DNA from: Lentisphaerae bacterium GWF2_49_21
GTDB lineage: Bacteria; Verrucomicrobiota; Lentisphaeria; Victivallales; GWF2-50-93
Length of the DNA stretch: 64,000 bases
Assembly (NCBI GenBank): GCA_001804805.1
Contig: MHBH01000033.1
Span: 62,882-126,881 of the forward strand
Reading direction: 5' to 3'
Under the pieces are notes generated by a model. That model was not told where the DNA came from. It did no database searches and saw only the letters and a list, made by a program, of their open reading frames with translations. The position numbers and the translations under genes are program-made. Of this stretch, positions 1-9,515 are shown piece after piece (positions within the stretch are counted from its first letter, which is position 1; every line of letters starts with the position of its first letter).

Positions 1-1123
1 GATCGACGAAGCAGAAACGGGCCCTGAGGAAGCATGGACTGTCTTCTGGAAGTTTCGGAATTGCCAGCTTGACGGATGCCTTTGGTTCAAGTGAATAAGG
101 GAAATCCTTCGGGGAGGAATTGAGAGGAATGGCTTTTGACTGTCCTTCCTTTATAGGATCGCCCAGTTCAGCGCATGATCCGTCGAACATACCCCATCTG
201 GCGACCGGCTTGGCCCCCTCAGGTTCGACGCTTCCGCTTGGCATCATTGATCTCATTGGCGTAGGCGCAGGAGTCTTGTCGCTTATCTCTATAGGAGTCT
301 CCTTGGAAAGATCAATTTTCCTGTCTTTCAGATCCTTTGCGATCTTCGCAAACGCGACCACGAGCTCCTTTGAGGAATTCCAATGTTTCGGATTGCTTCC
401 ATCAGTAAACCATTCATTCAGGCAGAAGATCGCATTTTTGGAACCGTTCTTTGCGATGAATATCTGTGGTGTGGTGTCCAGACCATCCAGCCTTTTGCTG
501 CGGATCAGGGGATAGACTCCACTGTCCGCATTCTCATTTATCGGGATTATCCACCAGCCACGGATATTGCCTTTTATCTCCTTGGCATCGTGCAGATATT
601 TCCTGAGAAGATCCGTTGAGCGATGATCAACCCCCTTGTCATGCATGGCTTCATTGTAGGAATACTTCATATTGTAAAGCTTGAGGACTTCCACGTTCTG
701 CCAGGCGAAGGCTGGTGTCTTCGGGCTCATGGTCCAGAAACCGTCGGGTTCCTTGGCGGCTGCGATCAGGAAAGGGATTTTTGCTCCGAGTGACACAAGT
801 ACGCCGCCTTTTTCCGCGAAGGTCTTGTATGCCTGTATGTTTATTTTCGGGAATGCGTCACCTTGGATCATGAGCGCATCGAAGCTGTCGGCATTGAATA
901 TTTTCGGATCGTTTATCTGTTCGGCGGTCAGGAGTTCCGCCTTACATCCCGACTCCTTGAGCCAGCCAGCGGCCTTGTCAATCGCCTTAAGATCAATTGA
1001 GAAACGGCTCTCATTCGTCCCTTTTTCAGGATTCCAGACGGCCACCTTCGGTGGAGCGGATTCTTCTGCAAATGTTTCAAACGTATACAAGGTCAGGACA
1101 GCAACAAGAGCCAGGATTTTCAT
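1..1123 (-). CDS. secreted hypothetical protein (C-terminal part runs off the window)
   Basis: Absent from the ORF track because it has no stop inside the window. My manual translation from ATG 1123-1121 gives MKILALVAVLTLYTFETFAEESAPPKVAVWNPEKG... with no stop down to nt 1 and a signal-peptide-like N-terminus. The + strand track ORFs 120-515, 383-619 and 681-1538 look like shadows of it. Confidence 0.6.
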   Translation of the reverse strand, partial: MKILALVAVLTLYTFETFAEESAPPKVAVWNPEKGTNESRFSIDLKAIDKAAGWLKESGCKAELLTAEQINDPKIFNADSFDALMIQGDAFPKINIQAYKTFAEKGGVLVSLGAKIPFLIAAAKEPDGFWTMSPKTPAFAWQNVEVLKLYNMKYSYNEAMHDKGVDHRSTDLLRKYLHDAKEIKGNIRGWWIIPINENADSGVYPLIRSKRLDGLDTTPQIFIAKNGSKNAIFCLNEWFTDGSNPKHWNSSKELVVAFAKIAKDLKDRKIDLSKETPIEISDKTPAPTPMRSMMPSGSVEPEGAKPVARWGMFDGSCAELGDPIKEGQSKAIPLNSSPKDFPYSLEPKASVKLAIPKLPEDSPCFLRARFCFVD

Positions 1124-1144
1124 TTGTCTTTCCTTAAATTTCTA

Positions 1145-1972
1145 TTATGGCAGGTTGTTAAAATATTTTTGTTCGAAAGGCGGATCTGTCCATGAAAGCG
1201 GCACATGGTTGAAAGAGAAGAACTCCGCATGTCCATCGAAGAAAATTGCGTTTGTGCCCTTGTGGGGTACGCCGACCTGGGTACTGACGGACGTGGAACC
1301 GTATCGTGCCGGGAACATATACCAGCCGGTGTCGGGTGTGTCGAGAATCATGAACCATGAAGGCGATTTCGTATCAAGTTTCTCCCTCCAGTCGGTTGCT
1401 ACTGCAGGATACCAGCGCGAGAACCAATGTGAAACCCCGTATGTCACATGGTTGGAGGGTGTGTTGTTAATGGCATTTTTAAAAACTGTATCATACATGG
1501 GATGGGAAGGGCATATGGCAAATCGGACAGGCTGGTAATAGCTCCAGAAGCAGTTGCTCGAATTGTTTTGGAACCAACGTATGATGGTCGCGTCAACCAG
1601 GCTTGAATCAGGGAAAAGTTCATCCTCATGTCCTGCAGCCTTTCCTCCCAATGTGATTGGAGGGAGATATCCGTTGAAGTCCTGCGCGAAACTCGGTACG
1701 CATAGTCCCAGCTGACGCATGTTGCTCTTGCAGGAAAGAGTCTGTGCCTGGTCCTTGGCGTTCTTCAATGAAGGTAGGAGCAGCGCGGCAAGTATCGCGA
1801 TGATCGCAATTACGACGAGTAATTCAATCAATGTAAAAATTGAAAAAGTTACTCGTCGCCCTGAGCTTGTCGAACGGGCAACTCGAAGCAGCTCTATAAG
1901 GATAGAAGGATTTGCGATGCGTGAAGTTTTAAATGCAGAGGAAGTTTTTCCTGCGGGATTGAAATCGTTCAT
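1145..1972 (-). CDS. DUF1559-type pseudopilin-like protein (prepilin-type N-terminal helix, H-X9-DG-like C-terminus)
   Basis: I prefer ATG 1972 because a GGGGAGG Shine-Dalgarno sits just upstream. Motifs: [24 protein letters not shown] helix with Glu at +5, then CKSNMRQLG, and C-terminal [13 protein letters not shown]. Confidence 0.85.
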   Translation of the reverse strand: MNDFNPAGKTSSAFKTSRIANPSILIELLRVARSTSSGRRVTFSIFTLIELLVVIAIIAILAALLLPSLKNAKDQAQTLSCKSNMRQLGLCVPSFAQDFNGYLPPITLGGKAAGHEDELFPDSSLVDATIIRWFQNNSSNCFWSYYQPVRFAICPSHPMYDTVFKNAINNTPSNHVTYGVSHWFSRWYPAVATDWREKLDTKSPSWFMILDTPDTGWYMFPARYGSTSVSTQVGVPHKGTNAIFFDGHAEFFSFNHVPLSWTDPPFEQKYFNNLP

Positions 1973-2178
1973 TTTCCGGAGCCTCCCCTGACTGAATTCA
2001 CAATGAAATATCAAGCGCTTGATATTACAGTTACCGCCTCAGCTGAAACTTGTCAAGAAGATTTTAATAATATTTATAATAATTCTTATTTTTTATATCT
2101 TTCTCTATTGACAAAGTGTTTAATTGATATAAACTTAAGTTGTATAGATAACTAACTAACCGTGTGTTTGGAGCGGGC

Positions 2179-3261
2179 ATGATAGAAAGCAAGTCAATTA
2201 TACCTCCCTACATGAGAATCGGCATGATTCTCAAGAAAAGAATTTCCGACGGAGAATATACAAGCACGTTCCCCTCCACAAACGATCTCGTAAGAGAACT
2301 TGGCGTCTCCCCTATGACAATAAATAAAGCCGTCGGCGAGCTTGTACGTGAAGGTCTGATCTACAGGAAAATCGGTTCGGGGACTTTTATCAATACAAGG
2401 AAAAAGGAAAAGAAAAAGACAGGAAGGATCATCTATTTCGTCCCCGACAAGGCCTATGGGCTCCGTCATCCGTTCCACGCCGGAGTTTTTCTGGGCATGA
2501 CTGCTGCCGCAATGGATGCCGGCTGCGAGGCGATCTTCCAGGACAGCGAAGCAAACCTTCTCGACATGATCTTCAAAAGATCAAAGGAGCTCAGCTTCGA
2601 CGGCATCATCTTCAGCCGCTGGGACAACAGGAAGATGATCGATGAAATATCGAAGGTCATTCCCATGCTTGAAATAGGAATAAGCGATGTCAGCGAAAGA
2701 ATACCTTCGGTTCACTTTGATGATGAGAACGGAGCATGCAAGGCAGTCAGATATCTTATCGGACTCGGACACAGGAGGATTGCTTTCATTACAGGATATA
2801 TGACTTGGAAGGAAGGTGAACGCAGGTTCGAAGGATATAAGAAGGCACTCAGGGAAGCAGGTATGATATTTGACGGCAGCCTTGTCTTTGAGGACGAATG
2901 GAATGATCCCGCCGGATACAGGTGCGCATCCAGGATGTTCCAGCTCGCAGAAAGGCCCACGGCAATATTTTTCACAAGCGATCATATGGCGTTTGGCGCC
3001 ATGCCCTGCATCAGGGAGAAGGGATTGACAATACCCGGCGATATCAGCATCATAGGCTTCAACAATGTGGAGGCGTCGGCCTATGTCGAGCCGGCGCTGA
3101 CGACGGTGGAGATCCCGTTCCAGAACACGGGAGCCAGGGCTTTCAAATGCATGTGTGCCATGGCCTGCGGTGTCCGGCCTTCGGAGGAGGAGCTGATGCT
3201 TGAGACAAGATTCATAATACGCAATTCGTGCTGCAGCCCAAAAACATGGAGGGAGACGTGA
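2179..3261 (+). CDS. transcriptional regulator, GntR-type winged HTH fused to a LacI/PBP1-type sugar-binding domain
   Basis: N-terminus [38 protein letters not shown] is GntR-like. The core has [12 protein letters not shown] and [10 protein letters not shown], typical of periplasmic-binding-protein-type effector domains. ATG 2179 is preceded by GGAG. The gene is divergent from the 1145-1972 gene. Confidence 0.8.
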   Translation: MIESKSIIPPYMRIGMILKKRISDGEYTSTFPSTNDLVRELGVSPMTINKAVGELVREGLIYRKIGSGTFINTRKKEKKKTGRIIYFVPDKAYGLRHPFHAGVFLGMTAAAMDAGCEAIFQDSEANLLDMIFKRSKELSFDGIIFSRWDNRKMIDEISKVIPMLEIGISDVSERIPSVHFDDENGACKAVRYLIGLGHRRIAFITGYMTWKEGERRFEGYKKALREAGMIFDGSLVFEDEWNDPAGYRCASRMFQLAERPTAIFFTSDHMAFGAMPCIREKGLTIPGDISIIGFNNVEASAYVEPALTTVEIPFQNTGARAFKCMCAMACGVRPSEEELMLETRFIIRNSCCSPKTWRET

Positions 3262-3404
3262 GGAACATTTTCAAATGTCGATTGTCAATTGCCGATTTTA
3301 ATACAAGGATAGAAATCGGAAATCGGAAATTGGAAATCAAAAATCATTTTACTTTAATTGAATTGCTTGCTGTGCCAGCCGTAGCTGTCGGACAGTTCTG
3401 GCCG

Positions 3405-4124
3405 ATGCGAAGGCAAGTTCGAACAATGTTTACATTGATCGAACTGTTGGTCGTAATTGCGATCATCGCAATCCTTGCTGCGCTTCTCCTTCCCGCATTG
3501 CAGAACGCAAAGGATCAGGCCAAGTGTATTTCCTGCAAGAGCAATATCCGGCAGGTAGGTCTGAACTTGCTCAGCTTCACAAATGATTATGATGGATTTC
3601 TGCCTCCGTGGACCGGAGACAAAAAGAATGCAGGACATGAAGGTGAACTCTTTCCGGATAACGCGAACATGACGGCTGTAGTGGCATACAGGTGGTTCAC
3701 CGATGAGAGCTATAACTGTTTCTGGGATTACTATCAGCCTGTCAGTCTGCTTATCTGTCCATCCAATCCAAGATATGATGCGATTTACGCGAATGCAAAG
3801 GCAGGAGGCTGGGATGGCAACAGCTATGTCGCCTCGGAACGTCTTTCGAGATGGCAGGTGACGAATGGAAAATGGAAAACTCTGATTACCAAGATGGATC
3901 CGGCGAAATTCATGTTGCTTGAAAGGACGGGAAATTCAACTGGCTCCACCTATTTCTTCAGGGCTACGAACGTTGGCAGCGCCGGAAACACTCTCACCGA
4001 CCAGATCGGCATACATCACAGGGGGATAAATTCCGTATCCTATGACGGGCATGTCGACTTTTATTCTTTCAGGCATGTCCCCCTTGGATGGAACGATCCG
4101 CCATTCACGACAAATCTGTTCTGA
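3405..4124 (+). CDS. DUF1559-type pseudopilin-like protein
   Basis: Motifs: [45 protein letters not shown] and [15 protein letters not shown] (H-X9-DG). The start is ambiguous among ATG 3228, 3405 and 3426, none with a strong SD. The stop lies 13 nt upstream of the GH10 start. Confidence 0.8.
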   Translation: MRRQVRTMFTLIELLVVIAIIAILAALLLPALQNAKDQAKCISCKSNIRQVGLNLLSFTNDYDGFLPPWTGDKKNAGHEGELFPDNANMTAVVAYRWFTDESYNCFWDYYQPVSLLICPSNPRYDAIYANAKAGGWDGNSYVASERLSRWQVTNGKWKTLITKMDPAKFMLLERTGNSTGSTYFFRATNVGSAGNTLTDQIGIHHRGINSVSYDGHVDFYSFRHVPLGWNDPPFTTNLF

Positions 4125-4137
4125 AAGGCGATACTGC

Positions 4138-6111
4138 ATGCATAGAATCTTGAAAGGCATATTACTTCTTATGGCAGTTTCAAATATTGTATCTGCCGAA
4201 CAGAACTCAACAAGGAAACAGGATGCGTCTCCTGATTCCTATTTCGGAAAGCTCAAGCAGGAGTTCAAGGAGATCGGCGAGGCGTATTTCATTGGCGGTC
4301 TCAGCGAAGATGAGATCCTCGGCGGGATCGAGACCGGCGGCGGGATGGAGAAGTTCTTCGAGTCAACGGAAAAGGTGTCAAAGGAGATTATCCCTGCAGA
4401 AGGTATGCCATTCACAAAGGCGTGCAAATTCACAATATCCACGAAACCCAAGGTCTTCTGGGATGTCAGTTTCCAGCTGCTGAACAGGGAACCGGTGAAA
4501 AAAGGCGAAGCGATTCTGGTTGTTTTCTGGGCCAGGGGCAAGAAGGTTCCTCAAATAGTCGATGACGGCGCCGGCGCCACCTTCCAGTCTTATATCCAGT
4601 CAAGTATCGGAAAATTCCCCAAGGGCCGCGTAAACAACTTCTATGACTGCAAGATGCTCTCCGATAAATGGGAAAGATATTATATCAAAACAACTCCCCT
4701 GGCAATGGATTTCCCCGCAGGCAAGCTCGCACTGATCGGCATGATGGGGCATAAGGAGCAGACTGTCGAGGTAGGCGGTATCGCCTGGATGGCGTTCCCT
4801 GAAGGTGCGAATCTCGCAAAAATGCCGAAGCAGAGCTGGAATTATGAAGGACGCGCAGCCGACGCCCCTTGGCGCAAGGAGGCGGCGGAGCGGATAGGGA
4901 AGATCCGCAAGGGGAATATGTCAATAGAGGTTGTCGACGAAAAAGGACAGGCGGTAAATGATGCAGACGTCAAGATCCGGATGAAACAGCATGAATTTCG
5001 GTTCGGAGTCGCTGTCTCTGTGTCGGCTTTCACCGGCGGAAAGAAAAGTACGCCTGAAGATATTGCAAAATATCGCGAGACATCAACGGGATTCTTCAAC
5101 TCAATTGTCCTCGACAATCATCTCAAATGGGCATTTTTCGAAGGTGACCGGAAGAATGGATGGAAAGACACGAAGGAATGCCTGAAGTTCTACCATGACA
5201 ACGGAAAATATATTCGCGGGCATGTCCTGGTCTGGCCGACGGTATACAGGACGCCCGAATCCCTGAGGGACAAGTTCAAGGGGAACAAGGATCTCCTTGG
5301 AGAAACCGTGAGGAAACATGTCATCGAGGAAGTGTCTGAGTTCAAGGAATGGATCTCCGACTGGGATGTCACAAATGAAACCTCCGTAAACCGCGATTTC
5401 ATGGATACGCTGGGGCCTGAATCAATGCTTGATTGGTACAGGATCGCCCATGAGGCCGACCCGAAAACCGCCCTCACCTTCAATGAACCGGCTTTCGGAG
5501 CAGATGGAATGGAACTTGGAAGCTTCCCGGAAAAGATGCTCAGCGACAAATGCCGCGGTTGGGTGGACTACCTGATCCAGAAGAAAGCTCCTCTCTACTA
5601 TATAGGAAGCCAGTGCCATGGAGGATCGGTTGGCAAGGAATTCGGTGGCAAGACAGGTCCGGAGGGACTGTGGAAATATTTCGACCATCTATCCTCATAC
5701 TATGGAAAGAAACTGCAATACACGGAACTAGACGTAGGAATCGGGGATCCATCCGATCCGGACCAGCTCGCATATCAGGCGGATCTCCTGCGCGACACGA
5801 TGATCATCGCGTTCGCCCATCCTGCATTCGATGCGATCACTCAGTGGGGGTTCTGGGAAGGCTCACATTACGCTCCCGCCGCCGCCCTTTGGACGAAGGA
5901 TTGGAAGCTCAGGCCTGTCGGAGATGCTTATCTCAATCTGGTCTACAAGGACTGGTGGACGGATGCGGACCTGAAATCCGGCAAGGATGGGAAATGTTTG
6001 GCAAATGCATTTTTCGGAGATTACGAGATAACGGTCAATGGCAGGCCAAGGCCTGTTAAATATTCCGCCTTGGAAAAAGACAAGACCATCAGGATTGAAT
6101 TAAAACAGTAA
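4138..6111 (+). CDS. glycoside hydrolase family 10 (endo-beta-1,4-xylanase-like) with N-terminal CBM4_9-like module
   Basis: Signal peptide MHRILKGILLLMAVSNIVSAEQ from ATG 4138. GH10-type motifs NHLKWAFFE, RGHVLVWP, WDVTNE (acid/base Glu), YTELDV (nucleophile Glu) and TQWGFWE. Confidence 0.85.
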   Translation: MHRILKGILLLMAVSNIVSAEQNSTRKQDASPDSYFGKLKQEFKEIGEAYFIGGLSEDEILGGIETGGGMEKFFESTEKVSKEIIPAEGMPFTKACKFTISTKPKVFWDVSFQLLNREPVKKGEAILVVFWARGKKVPQIVDDGAGATFQSYIQSSIGKFPKGRVNNFYDCKMLSDKWERYYIKTTPLAMDFPAGKLALIGMMGHKEQTVEVGGIAWMAFPEGANLAKMPKQSWNYEGRAADAPWRKEAAERIGKIRKGNMSIEVVDEKGQAVNDADVKIRMKQHEFRFGVAVSVSAFTGGKKSTPEDIAKYRETSTGFFNSIVLDNHLKWAFFEGDRKNGWKDTKECLKFYHDNGKYIRGHVLVWPTVYRTPESLRDKFKGNKDLLGETVRKHVIEEVSEFKEWISDWDVTNETSVNRDFMDTLGPESMLDWYRIAHEADPKTALTFNEPAFGADGMELGSFPEKMLSDKCRGWVDYLIQKKAPLYYIGSQCHGGSVGKEFGGKTGPEGLWKYFDHLSSYYGKKLQYTELDVGIGDPSDPDQLAYQADLLRDTMIIAFAHPAFDAITQWGFWEGSHYAPAAALWTKDWKLRPVGDAYLNLVYKDWWTDADLKSGKDGKCLANAFFGDYEITVNGRPRPVKYSALEKDKTIRIELKQ

Positions 6112-6165
6112 GTCGGTTTTCAAACCGACATTTGAATTGTCGGGTTGAAACCCGACATACTTAAG
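6112..6165 (-). repeat. REP family 1 (two-hairpin element), inverted orientation
   Basis: Hairpins GTCGGTTT-TC-AAACCGAC (6112-6129) and GTCGGGTT-GA-AACCCGAC (6139-6156), followed by ATACTTAAG. The reverse complement matches the copies at 10867 and 37239. Confidence 0.85.
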
Positions 6166-6172
6166 AGGAAAT

Positions 6173-7504
6173 ATGAAAACAATATTTTTAACCATGTTCG
6201 TCCTATATGCTGCAATGGTTTGTTCCGCTGGAAATCCAAATCCCCTCCCAAATCCCGGATTCGAGGATGGCGACAGGATGTGGTCGTTCGGAGATTCTAC
6301 CTCGAAGCTGGTGCACGAAGCCGCCCATGAAGGGAAAAGCGGACTGCGCGTAGGGGACGAGGAATACAATGCTGATCCGGGATCAGTGACCAGCGCAAGG
6401 CTTCCGGTGAATCCCGGACAGGAAGTGACTCTGTCATTCTGGGCAAGAGGAAAGAACAAGAGCAGCGGTGCCTACATTTACTTCTATGATTCGGGCGGAA
6501 AAGTCATTTCGAAGCCCCAGCCAGCCCTCTGGCCTGCCAATGAGGATGGAGAGTGGCATCAGTATTCCCTTAAGGAAAAAGCTCCGGTAAATGGAACCTC
6601 GGTCGCGGTCTGGGTTCATTTTTCACCGGGCAACATCGGCATTACCGACTATGACGATTTCGCTTTTGAAGGAATAGATTCCGGAGTGACTGCCATTCCT
6701 CCACAGGCGTCCAGGGACAGGGTGAAGCCGAAGGAGGCTGTAAAGGATCTCCCACCTCGCAAGGAGCCGGCAGTGATAATCCTCAAGCTGGACGATCTTT
6801 CACAGAAAAACGGAAAAGTGCATCCATCCTGGCAGAAAATTTCGGATTTCCTCGAATCACGCAAGATAAAGGGATCCTTCGGTGTGGTATGTGAAAGCAT
6901 GCAGGATGCAAAGCCCGAATATGCGAACTGGATCAAGACGCGCCATGACTCAGGAGCCATTGAGTTCTGGTTCCATGGATGGGATCATGCTTCTCACAAT
7001 GAAGGCGGAAAATCATTGAGCGAATTCGACACGAGATCCTATGAGGAGCAGAAGAGCCGGTTCGACAGGTCGCAGAAGCTTGCGCTTGAGAAATTAGGTT
7101 TTGCATTCGAGACATTCGGTCCTGGCGGAGGCGGCTCGGGGCAGCATTTCGACGCCAATACATGCAAAGTGATGCAGGATGATCCATACATGAAGGCATG
7201 GCTTTACAACAAGCCAATCGACGATGATGGGAAAAAACTCCAGGAGGCCGGCAAGATAACGATTCTTGATCGCGTCTGGGAAGTGAACATTGAAGGTGCG
7301 GTAGGGGTTCCTGATTCAAAGAAGCTGATTGCAGGATACAAGAGCCATCCCGACAGGAAATATTTTGTGCTGCAGGGCCACCCTCAGATGTGGGCTGGAG
7401 CAAGGTTTGATGAGTTTGTAAAGATCATCGATTTCCTGACAGAGCAGAAATGCGTTTTCGTGACACCGATGGGATATGTGAATTCAATTAAGGGGGTAAA
7501 GTGA
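6173..7504 (+). CDS. secreted CBM4_9-like + polysaccharide-deacetylase-like (CE4/DUF2334-like) protein
   Basis: Signal peptide, then an NPGFEDG...DYDDFAF beta-sandwich-like module. The C-terminal domain has ILKLDDL and FHGWDHASH, resembling the NodB-type DD and H-x3-H metal motifs. It is paralogous to 8307-9101. Confidence 0.65.
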   Translation: MKTIFLTMFVLYAAMVCSAGNPNPLPNPGFEDGDRMWSFGDSTSKLVHEAAHEGKSGLRVGDEEYNADPGSVTSARLPVNPGQEVTLSFWARGKNKSSGAYIYFYDSGGKVISKPQPALWPANEDGEWHQYSLKEKAPVNGTSVAVWVHFSPGNIGITDYDDFAFEGIDSGVTAIPPQASRDRVKPKEAVKDLPPRKEPAVIILKLDDLSQKNGKVHPSWQKISDFLESRKIKGSFGVVCESMQDAKPEYANWIKTRHDSGAIEFWFHGWDHASHNEGGKSLSEFDTRSYEEQKSRFDRSQKLALEKLGFAFETFGPGGGGSGQHFDANTCKVMQDDPYMKAWLYNKPIDDDGKKLQEAGKITILDRVWEVNIEGAVGVPDSKKLIAGYKSHPDRKYFVLQGHPQMWAGARFDEFVKIIDFLTEQKCVFVTPMGYVNSIKGVK

Positions 7505-8265
7505 TTATGAGATTTATTGATTCTAGTTTTTTATTTTTTGGTGCAAAAAATAAAAAATATGTAATAGCCTTTACGCTTATCGAGCTCCTGGTCGTGATCG
7601 CGATCATCGCAATCCTTGCTGCGCTCCTTCTTCCGGCGTTGAAAGGCGCCAAGGACCAGGCGCAGGCGGTCATCTGCAAGAGCAACATGCGGCAGATCGG
7701 GATGAACGTCATAAGCTTTACAATCGACCGTGAAGGATATCTGCCGGTCTTCACCGGCGACGGCAAGACTGCAGGACACCGCGATGAAATATTTCCAGAT
7801 GATGCCAACATGACCAGCATGACTAACTTCTACAGGTGGTTCACGAATTTCACGAACAACGACAATTGTTTCTGGGATTATTATCAGCCGCTCAGCAAGA
7901 TGGTATGCCCGTCACACCCGCGGCATGATGCAATCCTCGCACAGGCCGGCTCCTGGGACGGCAATTCTTATGTGGTCAATGAAAGATTCTCCAGATGGCA
8001 GGTCGGTTACAAGCGCCAGACCATGATACATACTGTCGGTACTGAGAAGTTCATGCTGCTCGAAAGGACGGCCCTGACAGGTACGACATCGTATTCGTTC
8101 AGGTCGCTTTCCACCGGTACTCCGGGGAACATGATCCCTGACCAGATCGGGATACATCACAAGGGGACGAACGCCGTGTTTTTCGACGGGCATGTGGACT
8201 TTTTCCGGTTCACCCACATTCCACAATCCTGGAGCGATGCCCCGTTTGAGACGAAGTATTTCTGA
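7501..8265 (+). CDS. DUF1559-type pseudopilin-like protein
   Basis: Motifs: [45 protein letters not shown] and [18 protein letters not shown] 7501 overlaps the upstream stop; ATG 7507 is an alternative start. Confidence 0.85.
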   Translation: MIMRFIDSSFLFFGAKNKKYVIAFTLIELLVVIAIIAILAALLLPALKGAKDQAQAVICKSNMRQIGMNVISFTIDREGYLPVFTGDGKTAGHRDEIFPDDANMTSMTNFYRWFTNFTNNDNCFWDYYQPLSKMVCPSHPRHDAILAQAGSWDGNSYVVNERFSRWQVGYKRQTMIHTVGTEKFMLLERTALTGTTSYSFRSLSTGTPGNMIPDQIGIHHKGTNAVFFDGHVDFFRFTHIPQSWSDAPFETKYF

Positions 8266-8283
8266 AGGAAAATTTAAAATAAA

Positions 8284-8305
8284 GGAGCGCCGGCGTCTCG
8301 CCGGC
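8284..8305 (+). repeat. REP family 2 hairpin 22-mer GGAGCGCCGGCGTCTCGCCGGC
   Basis: Hairpin GCCGGCG-TCT-CGCCGGC. The identical 22-mer occurs in reverse orientation at 47945-47966. Confidence 0.9.
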
Positions 8306-8306
8306 A

Positions 8307-9101
8307 ATGATAAAAATGAAAATCTTTCGAATGCTATCGATTGCGATCGCTTCCGTATCGGTTGGTTTTGCAGCCTTTTCCGAGGATGCGACAAAAAAAC
8401 CGCAGGTCGTCATCCTGAAACTGGACGACCTTACTACGAAATTCCCGAGCAAGGACTGTCCTGCCGGCGCAAGATGGAAGAAGGTCGTCGACACCGTGGA
8501 GAAAAAGAAGATTAAGGCGTCTTTCGGGATAATCCTCAATTCCCTTGAGAAGGACAACCAGTCTTATTTCGACTGGATTAAAGAGCAGAATAAAAAGGGA
8601 AACATTGAATTTTGGAACCATGGAATGACGCATGCGGAAAACAAAGAGACCAAGGCACAGGAGTTCAACAAGGGTTCATCATACGAGGAACAGAAGGCGA
8701 CAATTGAAAAAGGGCAGAAGCTGGCGAAGGAGAAGCTCGGGATAACTCTTGCAACTATAGGAACGCCGTTCAACTCCTTCAGCGAAGACACTGAGAAGGC
8801 GCTCGAGGATTTTCCGGAGATAAAGATATGGTTCTTCGGTCCTGGGAAACCAAAGATCAGCAAGAAACTTATACTTGGAAGGGTGGTCAACCTTGAAAGT
8901 TCCGTCGGGAATCCCGATTTCGACAAGTTCAAGGAGTCTTATGAAGCTAAGGGTAAGGACAAGGAATACATCGTCCTGCAGGGCCATCCTCCGGCGTGGG
9001 ACGACAAGAAATACGAGAACTTCGAGAAGGTGATCGACTACCTGCTTGAAAAGGGCTGCGTATTCATGACTCCATCGGAATACGCCGCGGCGAAGAAATG
9101 A
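8307..9101 (+). CDS. secreted polysaccharide-deacetylase-like (CE4/DUF2334-like) protein
   Basis: Signal peptide MIKMKIFRMLSIAIASVSVGFAAFS. VVILKLDDL and FWNHGMTHA motifs parallel the C-terminal domain of 6173-7504. Confidence 0.65.
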   Translation: MIKMKIFRMLSIAIASVSVGFAAFSEDATKKPQVVILKLDDLTTKFPSKDCPAGARWKKVVDTVEKKKIKASFGIILNSLEKDNQSYFDWIKEQNKKGNIEFWNHGMTHAENKETKAQEFNKGSSYEEQKATIEKGQKLAKEKLGITLATIGTPFNSFSEDTEKALEDFPEIKIWFFGPGKPKISKKLILGRVVNLESSVGNPDFDKFKESYEAKGKDKEYIVLQGHPPAWDDKKYENFEKVIDYLLEKGCVFMTPSEYAAAKK

Positions 9102-9176
9102 AGATATTGTGTTGCCTGTAAATGATGAGAAAGAAATCACAGGCAAGATGCCTGTGCTACATTGTGACCATGGAAT

Positions 9177-9249
9177 TGGGCCCGGCAGGAATCGAACCTG
9201 CGACCAAGTGATTATGAGTCACCTGCTCTAACCGCTGAGCTACGGACCC
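9177..9249 (-). tRNA. tRNA with CAT anticodon (elongator Met, or Ile2 if lysidine-modified); CCA not encoded
   Basis: The reverse complement reads GGGTCCG-TAGCTCAGCGGTTAGAGCA-GGTGA-CTCATAA-TCACT...GCAGGTTCGATTCCTGC-CGGGCCC-A. It has a 7-bp acceptor stem (one G-U), D arm, anticodon loop CTCATAA and a GGTTCGATTCC T arm. The anticodon stem lacks the three G-C pairs of initiator tRNA. Confidence 0.85.
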
Positions 9250-9431
9250 GTGTCTGGAGTGATTTGACAGCCTGTAAAGTACACAAAAGGGCGTCAAAGG
9301 CAAGTTCAAAGCGCTGTTTTTCCTCCGAAATCATTATCAAAATACCGACTGGTGGTATACATTACCGGACAGACATTGCGCCATTGGAACCGGGGTGGAA
9401 TTCAAAAATGATAAACAAGGGGGAAACAACA

Positions 9432-9504
9432 GCCCTTGCGGGCTTAACTACGGACAAAATTCCAGTTTTGGATTAATTCGTTTGTAGTTAATGTCGCAAG
9501 ACAT
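9432..9504. repeat. REP family 4, inverted pair of units
   Basis: 9432-9458 is the reverse complement of TTTGTCCGTAGTTAA plus hairpin GCCC-GCAA-GGGC. 9477-9504 is TTCGTTTGTAGTTAA plus hairpin ATGTC-GCAA-GACAT. Confidence 0.75.
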
Positions 9505-9515
9505 GTTCTTGAATT

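Noticed and set aside
120-1538. Track ORFs 120-515, 383-619 and 681-1538 on the + strand
   Set aside because: They lie antisense to a continuous, protein-like minus-strand reading frame (1-1123) and to the 1145-1972 gene. Their translations are low-complexity (Ser/Ala/Phe-rich) with no motifs, so they are shadow ORFs.
2108-2133. TTGACA ... TATAAA as promoter of the GntR/LacI-hybrid regulator
   Set aside because: The spacer between the hexamers is only 14 nt, too short for a sigma70-type promoter. No alternative -10 lies at 16-18 nt.
9177-9249. The tRNA as an integration hotspot flanked by a genomic island
   Set aside because: No integrase, no direct repeat of the tRNA 3' end, and no compositional break that I can see on either side. 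The neighbours are ordinary chromosomal genes.
9264-9476. 70-aa + ORF next to the tRNA
   Set aside because: No RBS, non-coding-like composition, and it overlaps the tRNA upstream region and a REP family 4 unit.
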